A stretch of 29,155 nucleotides of DNA from Vitrella brassicaformis CCMP3155 (taxonomy: Eukaryota; Protista; Chromerida). The translations under genes and the position numbers were made by a program. The stretch spans positions 1 to 29,155 of the forward strand of contig CDMY01000699.1 of NCBI GenBank assembly GCA_001179505.1, read 5' to 3'. The notes beneath the pieces are model-generated. The model was not told the DNA's origin and did no database searches. It saw only the letters and a list, made by a program, of their open reading frames with translations. Below, piece after piece: positions 12,434-22,602 of this stretch. Positions within the stretch are counted from its first letter, which is position 1. The number at the start of each line of letters is the position of its first letter.

Positions 12434-13490
12434 ACCCCGACCACAGACAGACAGACAGACAGACAGACAGGAGAGAGAGGGAGGGAGGGAGGGAGGGCAG
12501 CAACGGGGGGCGACCAGATGCATGTTTCTGTGGGGGGTTGTGCGACTCTTGTGTGAGTGTGGCGTGTGGGTTGGGTTGGGTTGGGGTATGCCGACTGAGG
12601 GATGGTCGTGGCTACTTTCTTTCTTTTCGTGTGCACGTGTGCAACCTAGTCAATGGTTTTTCCATTCATGCACTTCGTCTGCACACTTTTGCATGTGTGT
12701 GTGTGCGTGTGTACGTATAAGTTCCATCCAGATCGTCTGCTCGCCTAAAGCCAACAAGGGAGGCGACCAAGTGTCTGTCCGGTGACTCCGGTGCGTACCA
12801 AGTGCACATGGGGTACAAAGAACGTTGGGTTGACTTTTGCTTTCCCGTTCGCATTTCGAGGAGGCCTTTTTTTGAGGCTTTTCCATGATGGTCATGAGTT
12901 GTCGTAATCAGCTGGACGTGCGCCGAGGAGATGTCTCGTACTCGCTGCCTCGCTGCCTGCCATTTCTTCCTTCCTACGTATCGGGGCGTTTTGTCCAGTG
13001 GGTACTCTGGCTGCTCGTCTCGTTGCCGCGTGCGTGACGCTTGAGGGACTACTGCATCCAGTGTTGCTACCCGTGTATGTGCGTGGTGTGTGCATGGGTC
13101 GGGTTCTTGTCCTGTGAGCCCCGTGCAAACGCGTCGAGACGGCGACACACACAGTCAGTGCTGTTTCAAAGGATGGTGCCCGCACTCGGACTGGGCGGGA
13201 GTGGGCCGCTGGATGGGTGGGTGGGTGGGTGGGTGTTAACGATGGAATTGTTTCTGTGTAAGCGAGACGGGAGAGGTGTTCATCACCGCCCAGTGAGTGC
13301 ATCGCAGCCACCCACCCACCCACCCAGTCACCCTGATGTGCATGTGTGCGTCGTGTGTGTGGTGCATATGGGGCGGGAGCATTCATTCTCCGCTTTGTAC
13401 GTATTTATCCGTTGACGCTCTTTCTGTTGCATGTCCATGTGTGTGTTTGGTATGCATGTGGGCGTGCACGTATGTATGTGTGGCAGGCAC

Positions 13491-13529
<39 letters not shown>
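13491..13529. repeat. Compound microsatellite (GT)n(GA)n
   Basis: About 10 GT units followed directly by about 9 GA units. Confidence 0.9.
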
Positions 13530-13893
13530 CCTGCCTGCGCGTTCCCTCTCTCCCTGCCCGTTGCGTGTTCATGTCCTCTTTACGCAGGACGACACGACTG
13601 GTGCCAAGTCAATTGATTCATCTGAGAAGGCAATGCCATGGATGTTTGACGGGGTGCCAACCGTGCGAAGGCGATGAACAACGCGAACGAAATTCAATTC
13701 GCGCCGTACACTACAAATCCAGATCCGCACCTACACTGTACTGCATACAGACTTTTCTGATTTGTACGGGAAGACAGCCCCTTAGGGGCTTCCAAATACT
13801 CAGCAACACTGCAGTGCAATACTATACTGGGTCTGGGGCCCCCGCGATCGGCACCCGCTCCACCGATATTTGGGGGTCTCCTTTGTCTGCGTC

Positions 13894-16349
13894 ATGAGGG
13901 GTTTTTCTGAGCTCCTATGCCTCATCGGATGCCTTACTATCCTTCGAGTGCAAGCAAGCACAGAGTGCACGGCGGCTTGCAAAGAGGCAGTGCCGTACGC
14001 AAAGGAAATGGACAAGGACGGAAATGGGCTGCTGTGCTGGGAGGAGGTGCAGGACTATCTGCAACGTAAGTCCCGAATGGTGCAGCTTTGGCCTTTACTG
14101 TCGCTTTCCTTTATTGTCGCTCCCTTATTGCGCAGCCGCCGAGGACTTGGCGAAGACGGCCCACGTCCAGGAACTCATTCGCCAAGTGGAAGTCATGCTC
14201 AAGGAGACCGCCACGGCCGCCACAGTGGAGCAAGCCGACATCTTGATCAAGAAGTACGCGCAAAGTGTCGCCGTGCGAGCAGAGAGACACACTAATTGAA
14301 CGCTGCCTTAACTTCAGACCCAGTGCAAAGAATCTGACGGAGGAGGCTGAGAAGGTGCTTGACGCTCCAGAGATCATGGAATTGGTGGATTCCGCATCCG
14401 CTGTCTTGAAGAGACAGTCAGCGACCAATTTGACAGTCGAAGTACGCAAGTACCTCCACGGTGAAAGCACGGGCCAAGACGTCGAGAACAGCTATGACAT
14501 TCTCATGGCGGAGGAAGCGGGCAAAAACCTTTCGTCCGCCTTCGAAGCCCTGATCGACAGCGAGACGGTCGACAACTTTGTGAAAATTGCCGAGGACATC
14601 ATCGAGAACCCTTCGGCTGAGCTCGAGAACGCGACGCAGAGCCTGGAAAGCAAGGCTGACAAAGTCACGTATGCGAACTCGACGGATGCTGTCGGTGACG
14701 GCTGGGAACACGTCGTCAAAGAGGAGAAGAAACTGCGCACCGGCATCTACAAGGAAATAGAGGACCTCGGAAATGATCTAGATAACGAGACTGCGGTCAG
14801 AGACGGTGTTCTGGTGGCAGACGAGCTTCTGACGAGGGAGAACATCAACGACCTGATCGATCATGCCAAGGGGCACCTGCGCGACAGCAGACTCAAGGAC
14901 AATATCCTGCAGAATTACTATGGTACGCGGTCCGGACATGATCCTGCGGTATCCTGCGGATGACATGATCCTCCCTCTGTTCCTCGTCCTGCAGAGGACT
15001 TGAAGAAAGACGCTGCGAATGCGCGCCTCCAAGACAGCAAGCCTGTGGGTGACTACGCCAAAATCTATTACGACGACATCAAAAACAAGTATAGTCTGGT
15101 GTCGGGGTGCCTTCTTGTGAGCGACGCAATCAAGGGCCTTGGGTAGGCGGCGGATGAATCCGATTTGGCTCCGACTACCTTTCGTGTGATTGCAGCGCGA
15201 CCACCTCCGATTGCACGGACTGTCCCGACTTTCCTCTCTATTCCAAGGAGGGCACGAAGGTGCAGACACAGATACACAAATACAGCAGTCATTTGAGGGT
15301 CCGGGCTGATGATTGCAGCCAACGCCTCCTCCGCCTCGTGCGGACTGGGACGGGATACAGAAAGGATTTGACCAGGTAAGCAGGCTCAGATCTCTGTGTG
15401 TGCTTACCTAAAGTGCCATGTCTCTACTGCCATCCTGTATATTCTATCACAGTTTCGTGACCAGGGGGAGCACCTTCCCTCCGAGGCTGACGGGTGCAAG
15501 CAGGAGGCGGGAGTGCTCAAGTGCGAAGAGGCCACGGCACCAACCTTCGTCAAGCTGTCACCCAACTCTCCGGTGCAGAACGTGAAGGGTACCTCACAGC
15601 CGGATGAGATTATCGGGAGTACATCCGATAACGAGCTCGACGGAGGAGAGGGCACTGATATTCTCAGTCGGTGACAGACACAGGCACTCAGAGCCGTCGA
15701 TTAAGATATCATGCCTCTCTCTGTATGTGTTCCCTGTCCGCCGGCTGAGCAGATGGCGGCGGAGGCAATGATAAGCTTACCGGTATGTGATAGAGGAATG
15801 GCGGCGAGCGTCGCCTGTTACGTGTCTGTGGGCACGTGTACACTGTTCAGGAGGAGCAGGCAATGACCTGTTTGTGATGAGCGACCTGCCAGGCACATCC
15901 ACGGTCACTGAATTCACACAGCGCACCTGCGACCAATCACATATCCTGTCATGTGTTAATTAGGTCACCGACTTCACCCCTGGCACGGACCAGCTTGACC
16001 TCCGCGGCTTCCAGATCTCTGACCCTAATGACCTGGATTTCGCGGAAGGCAGTGTGATCATCAAGATAGACGAGGAGCACCAGATGGTCCTAGAGGGTGT
16101 CTCCCGTGATCAGCTGTCACTTGGTGACTACATGCTGGTGGCAGCGGACCCCACGGCCAGGTAGGCACACTTAGATGCAGATCGGCTCTCGCTTCTCTAA
16201 ACTGCCATGTGTCTGCTTAACCTGATCTCAGCACACAGGCACCTGAAGAATCGAAGGACAGTGGTGCACACGCACACCAGAGTGCTACAGAGGTGGCTGT
16301 GATCACAGCAGCCACCTGGCTGCTCGCAGCCCACTACATAGCTGCCTGA
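13894..16349 (+). CDS. Secreted, possibly GPI-anchored Ca2+-binding protein: signal peptide + EF-hand + helical region + RTX (GGxGxD) repeats + T1SS-target-like beta domain
   Basis: The N-terminus is MRGFSELLCLIGCLTILRVQA. An EF-hand loop DKDGNGLLCWEE lies at 14011-14046. Splicing at 15666/15753, 15782/15851 and 15903/15964 gives GTSQPDEIIGSTSDNELDGGEGTDILNGGGGNDKLTGGAGNDLFVMSDLPGTSTVTDFTPGTDQLDLRGF...MVLEGVSRDQLSLGDY. The C-terminus is SKDSGAHAHQSATEVAVITAATWLLAAHYIAA*. Confidence 0.8.
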
Positions 16350-16557
16350 CACGATCTCATCTTTGGCCGTCTTCTCATGTGTCTGAGTCTTAAAGTGGGT
16401 GGGCCGTGTGACATTTTCAATTTAGCGATTAGTCATGGGCGTCCCTTGTGTATTATGTGTGTCTTTGTTCCGAACAATCCTGGGAACTGTTCGGGTGTGG
16501 GGGCCCGAACTGGGCACATGCCCCGAGTCCAGAAGTTTCCTCGTGTTCTGAACCAAA

Positions 16558-17638
16558 ATGGCCAATGCCACTCCCTCGCTCGGCGAGATTGGCACCTCGG
16601 CGCTTCGGCCGAAGCCCCACCAGGAAGACTTGACCGTCGCCGCAACAGGACGCGCCCTGAAGGGCTCGAATTCGCTGTATCAGAGCATGACGGCTATCCT
16701 GTTGCACATCCTTCTCATTGTCGTCGTGGAGACCGTCTTTTTCTTTGCCTACGTCAGCCGGCGAGAGACGGCAAGTTTTAATCGTGATTTGCACAGCACG
16801 GCGTTCGTCGCAGCAAGGACAATTGTGAAAGAGCTCAACCAAACAGCGACAGGTCAGCATCTGCTCTGGGCGGCCCAGTACGCCCTCACAGATGCTGCAC
16901 GGCGCCAGCAGATTGAACAGGTCAGGGAGGGAATCTGCATTGGGGGGAATCTGGATTTGCATGTCATTACTGCAGCAAGTCTTGCTAGGAATTGTCCGGC
17001 GCGATGGTTCAGGAAATGCCTCATCAGGCCTTTGGCAAGGGCTGTTCGAGAATTCAAACGAGACTTTGGAAGGCAAAGACCGCGTGGGCTCTTTCCTGAG
17101 AGAGTTCCTCCTGGACAAGCGAGAAAAGGGTACGTCTCGGTGAATGTCGATGGTGTGTTCTGTGTGGCTACTCTGTGCTGCTCCATCTATCTGCTTGTGA
17201 ACAGCAATCGCACATGGTCGTCGGCGCCTTGATGCCAATAGTCGGCTGCTTCATCAGGCCATCTGGTTTAACGTCATTTCGGCTCTCGTCGTTTTGTCCT
17301 GGACCTTCGGGACACCTCGCCTGTGGGCCAAAGCACGTCCCCAAGACCTCGACTGGGCTTCCATCTTGAGAGACAACACTCTGCTGCTGCTGCTGCTTTC
17401 CATCTTTGAGTTTGCCTTCTTCCTTCTGTTCGTGTCCCAGTACAAAGTCACGAGCAATGACGAAAGTGCTCACTTTCTCATGGAAACGATGCTCGTGTAC
17501 CTGGCGCAAAGTCCAGTAGCAGATCGGCCGACGGAGATCAGGATAAGGATCGGAGGAGGTGAGCGGGAAATACCACTGGGGAAAGCGATTGAGGCGGTGT
17601 ATGCACATCTGTCGAAAGGGAAGCACGACAGCAGTTGA
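16558..17638 (+). CDS. Three-TM membrane protein, ~316 aa, resembling a giant-virus (NCLDV) hypothetical membrane protein family
   Basis: Exons 16558-16920, 16976-17129 and 17205-17638 are in phase. TM1 is AILLHILLIVVVETVFFFAYVS, TM2 is AIWFNVISALVVLSWTF, and TM3 follows DWASILRDN (TLLLLLLSIFEFAFFLLFVSQY). The family resemblance is from memory only. Confidence 0.7.
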
Positions 17639-17845
17639 AGGACCGATCTCAGCTGCAACTCGGAGCAGCCTTTCATGGTCATGCATGCGTCCATTTGAAG
17701 ACCGACAGACGGAATAGGGCAAGTCGCCTTTTTTGTGCTTGTTCGCGCCATACAAAATAGCGCTTAACCACCACCAATAGCGCTTGCTCGATGCGTCTCA
17801 GACACCTATTCATGAGAAACACTCACGATTCATCAACTGACGCAC

Positions 17846-17904
17846 AACACACACACACACACACAGACACAGACACAGACACAGACACAGACACACACAG
17901 ACAC
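17846..17904. repeat. Microsatellite (CA)n/(GACACA)n
   Basis: acacacacacacacacacagacacagacacagacacagacacagacacacacagacac. Confidence 0.9.
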
Positions 17905-18947
17905 GAGTAAGGCCTCACAACGTCACAAAGAGTTCACAGCAACGGAAGGCTGGAAATGGAAGGAATTGGACGAAATGAGGAGCCCGTGGCCAACCAGTAT
18001 CCTCCGCGGCCAAGCATTCTCCTCCAGAAGACAAGCAAACGTGCTGTATGGCTTGTGAGTGTCTGTCCAGCTTTCTGAGTGGAGGGCCAGCTTGCCGGCC
18101 GAAGCACCAGCTTTTCGCCCCACCACTTCAAGTTCTCATCGCTCAATACCCGAGGGGGACACTTCACCCCACGTCGAAAACACCATCGATTAAGAACGAA
18201 ACAAGATCTTATCTGCACATCCACGTGCAAGCATCAGTCCACACCGAGCAAGCACAAAACACAGCCATGCAAAGCCAACGAAAAACGCAAACAATTGCAC
18301 GCCACACAGTGGCACACACTGCAAACAAGCGTGAGACATCATGATGCATCACGATACACACGACACACACACTCACAACATCCAGACCCAGCCAGCCACC
18401 TCACAGCCCCCCTGCCATCTACACGCCACACAATACCTTCTACACACCGCCTCACCGTGAGACAACGCGATGGAAAACAGCTCCATATGTGTGCAGACTT
18501 TGTGCGCCGAGATCTGTGCATGGCCGAGCGTGAGCAGGCGAGGGCTCCCTCTCGCACTCGCAGCTAGCAAGCGCTTGCTCGCGAGTGCGAGCCGCCGGGC
18601 GATCCTGGCCCAGGTGGGGCTCGCCTTGATGGCGCGTCCACGTCAGCGTGTGGACGCGCATTGTAGTGTTGATGATGTTTTGGTTTTTCACGGTGATCTC
18701 ACGGTGATATGTCGCAAGGCGAGGTGAGAGTTACTCACCATCGCATTACCCGGCATTCGGCATTCGGCGTTCGGCATCCGCATCCCCGGGACCAGCAGGA
18801 GACGGCCAACCCGGGGAGCGGACGCGCAGCGATCGGGGATGCCCCTTGCCACCCCCGTAAAACAAGGCTCCTTTTGGTTTGGTTGAAGTAACGGAAAGCG
18901 ACCAGTCCTTTCCCTCCCTCCCCGCCCTTCTTGCAGCAGAACTACTT

Positions 18948-21900
18948 ATGGCGAGTGCTGCTTTCGAGAGTCAAGCTGCAGACCTTCCCGACTCTGAGGA
19001 GAATCACAATGGTGTGACGTCATCTGCCTCCACGGCTTCCACCCCGCCCAATCACGACCACACCGATGGGCCAGGGCCTCGTGTTGTGGATGCCCTCGTG
19101 GACCTTGACCACAAGGACCAGCAGCACCGCTTCCCCCCCTCCGCGCACCAGTGGAGGACACGACGCCGAGCCTACTCAGTAAGAAAGTGATTCTTGTGCT
19201 TGCAAACACTTGTCTGCCTGGTCTCATGCGTTTAGCTCACTGATGCCGATCGAGAGCGAATGGCCGAGGTCCGGGCTGCACAGTGGCAGCAGGCGTACAT
19301 GGAGGAAAACAAGCATCTCGCCCTACTACCTGCTTTCAACCGCCTGAGCACCATCGCCATGATGGTCGAGGCCAAGGAGGGCACCGGCAGACACCGCAAA
19401 CGGCCCAAATGGTCATCCAAAACCGAGTATATGCTCAGCTGCATTTCGTTGTCAGTGAAGAAGCCGACCAAAGAAGAACAAACAAGGCGAGAGAGGTGAC
19501 TGCAATGTGTCCCGTCCCATGTGTTTGTTGTGTATAGTGCTGTCGGTCTTGGCAATTTGTGGCGATTCCCGTACCTCTGTTATGAGGTATCGTTACGGAC
19601 TGCGAGCGGGATAAGGATCGCGTCTTTGTGATTCTGTCTGTCTGCGTGTATATTTGCCTTTTTTTGATGATCCCATCACAGAATGGCGGGGGTGCCTTCT
19701 TGGTGCCGTACTTCGTCGCGCTGCTGCTCCTGGGTATGCCCATGTTCCTGCTCGAGCTCGCGATGGGGCAGAAGCTACAGATGGGGCATGTCCGTGTAAG
19801 CTTTGCAAAGCATTGGATCGGTTCAAAGCTGACATCTGCTGCTTTCTGCAGGTGTGGCGAAGTGTCCACTCGAAGCTGAGTGGCCTGGGTGTGGCCTCTG
19901 CGATCCTTAGTGGCATCTGCGCGCTCTACTACAAGTGATTCATACACAACAAGGAATGCTGAAACGCACATGTCCCACATGGCGAATTATCGTGTCGTTT
20001 CAGCATCATAATCACTTGGGCGATTTACTTTTTTATCCACTCCTTTTCCCCCGTGCTGCCATGGACTGAAGGGGGCGTGGACGCAGCGGATTCTGCGAAA
20101 AAGTCAGAAGAACGGGTCCACGACCAAAGAGGAAGCGCCGTCAGTGCACATGTCGTTTGATAGGTTCTGGCTAGAGGAGGCACTTCGACAAGCACCAGAC
20201 ATGAATGGAGGAGGTGGCTGGGGCATCTCTCCGCTGATGATTGCATGCCTCACAATCGCGTGGCTGATGGTTTACTTCTGCATATTCCGCGGCATCAGCA
20301 GCACAGGCAAGGTGGTCTACTTCACTGCCCTCTTTCCCTACGTTGTCTTGGCCATCCTCTTCGTGAGGGGCGTCACACTGCCTGGGGCCGTGGAAGGGAT
20401 CAAGTAAGGAAGGAAGGGCCCAACAAAGCAAATACACAAGACAAACGCGCCAAACATTTGTACTAATGCGACGGCTTCAGGTACTACCTGAAACCCGATC
20501 TCACCCGTCTGGCGAACTTTCGTGTGTGGAGTATAGCCGGCAGTCAGATCTTCTTTTCCATCGGTATCTCGTGGGGGTCGCTGATCAACTTTGCGTCATT
20601 CAACAGTCAGGTGCGTCAGGTAGAGATATCGCGTCTCACTGGTGCGACCTGTTGGTTTGTTCTGTGTTCCAGAAAAATAACATCTTCATGGACACGTTGA
20701 TCGTCTGTATCGTCAATTGCGGCACATCGCTTTTTGCGGGGTTCGTCGTCTTTTCTGTGTTGGGATACATGGCCTTCAAGGTGACCAGGAAGACCGCAGC
20801 TGAGCACAGCTGCCATCACCTGCTGATTCGTGTATGGTAGACTGGGCTGCCGATTGACGAGGTGGCTCGTGCGGGCAGCGGCTTGGCGTTCGTGGTGTAC
20901 CCCGCTGGCCTGGGCACCATGAACCACGCCTTCGTCTTCTCCATCCTCTTCTTCCTGATGTAGGTGATTATCTGCAGACGACACGCAAGGCTGTCCTGAT
21001 TTCCTCTCATGTGTGTGCAGGTTAATCTGCTTGGTGAGGATATGATACCAGCTTGACGTTGAAAAATATTGCACTGAGAAGTATTGCATTTGCACCAAGG
21101 GCTTGGGTTCTGAGTTCTGTATGGTGGAGGTGGTGATGACCAGCATCGTCGAAGCCAGCCTCTTTCAGGTGGATGAAGGCCTCATTTGACAGCACGCAAC
21201 AAGTAGATGAGATCCTTGCACACCACTTTCTTCAATCAGGGAATCAAGAAATGGAAAGTGGCTGCGGCGATATGCGCCGTCATGTGGGCCGTCGGTTTGC
21301 TCCTGATAAGCCCTGTTGGGAAGTATTGGGTCGACCTGCTGGATGACTTTACTGGCGCATTTGCCTTGTTTGTCGTCGCATTGGTCGAGGTGCTGGCGGT
21401 CGTGCACATCTACAAACTGGGTCGATTCAGCGAGGACGTAGCCGAAATGACAGGTGAGCTCACATCCATGGGACATCGACGCAGCCACATCAACCCATTC
21501 CTCTGTCGTGTGTCCGTTGAGTGCAGGCATGCGCATAAGCAAGGCCATGAGGTTGGTCTACCGTTACGTCACTCCTATCGGCATAGCCATCCTCCTCCTT
21601 TCCTCGGTGATGGTGTTTGCCGTGGAGAGACGCAGCAACTTTCAACACTCACGGCAGCCTTCGGTGGGCAAAGGCTGCGTCGGCACCTGTGGCGCCGACG
21701 CAAACCCGCCACGCGGCGTGTGTGAGACGCGCAATATGTTCTGTCGGTGCAAGCGCGGGTGGGGCGGCGCCGACTGCACGACGAAGATCGACACGCGAGT
21801 GTATTCCTGCCCAGAGGACTGTAATGGACAGGGCGTGTGCGACGAGACCACTCAGCAATGTACGTGCTTTGCTGAGTTCGAGGGCGAATCGTGCAGAGGA

Positions 21901-22402
21901 GACAAGTACGCAAAGGGGTTTCCGCCATGGGCACTATTCGTCGGATTCATGGTACAACGCACACAAGTGCACAGCGTACACTATAGCCACTCGTTTCTGG
22001 TTTCTTTGGTTTCAGGTCGCCATAGTGTCGGTTCTGCCGATCCCTCTTGTGGCGTTCTGGAAGCACTTGAGGAAGCGGGTGAAGCAGAAGATCGACGAGA
22101 ACCCTGAGGCCACCCAGACGGCCATGTACCCGTCGTCCTCGCGGCCGCCCGCCACACCATCCAACTCCACTGAGGACAACGCATCAAGCGACAGTGACGA
22201 TGATGACGATGGTCCGCCGCCGTCAGCGCTGACAAGCCTGCTGTCCTGCATGCCTGGCAAGCGCAAGACCGGCCGTCAGTCGGCCAGGGGGGTGGAGATG
22301 AGTCAACAGAATGGCAGGGGTGGTGGGAGGGAAGATAGGAAGCATCTGCCGTCATCACAGCCCCAGTTTGATGACGACGACAGTGACGATGAACGGTTCT
22401 GA
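18948..22402 (+). CDS. SLC6/NSS (sodium:neurotransmitter symporter family) transporter with two EGF-like domains in the last extracellular loop
   Basis: Spliced hallmarks: [17 protein letters not shown]|[16 protein letters not shown]|[54 protein letters not shown] and LICL|GLGSEF. A Cys-rich insert at 21676-21894 precedes the [13 protein letters not shown]12. An acidic tail ends at 22402. Confidence 0.93.
21676..21894 (+). other. Two tandem EGF-like (tenascin/EGF_2-type) domains within SLC6
   Basis: [34 protein letters not shown] and [29 protein letters not shown]. Each has 6 Cys with the C-x-C-x2-G-aromatic-x-G-x2-C ending (F-A-E-F-E-G variant in the second). Confidence 0.88.
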
Positions 22403-22602
22403 CGATGCCGTCCTCACAAAAACGATCGTGAGGAACGAGGGAGGGGGGAGCCTTTTGTGGCGTCTTTATTCGTATTTTGAGTCGGCTCTGCGTGGGCGAT
22501 CAACGTGAATTCATGTGACAATTCGCTCGTGCGTTCATGTGTTTTTTTCGACAAGTCTTCATGGATCAGGGGGACCTGGGCATGTGTGCCTGTTTCTCGA
22601 GC

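Noticed and set aside
12650-13150. Minus-strand ORF 12666..13148 (PEYPLDKTPRYVGRKKW...)
   Set aside because: It has no recognisable domain or convincing splice partners and cannot be supported as a gene.
17923-18727. Possible small minus-strand gene (MELFSIALSH|...) or plus ORF 18470..18727 as an SLC6 N-terminal exon
   Set aside because: The plus ORF donor (phase 2 at 18723) is incompatible with the phase-1 acceptor at 18936/18939. The minus model gives no coherent protein.
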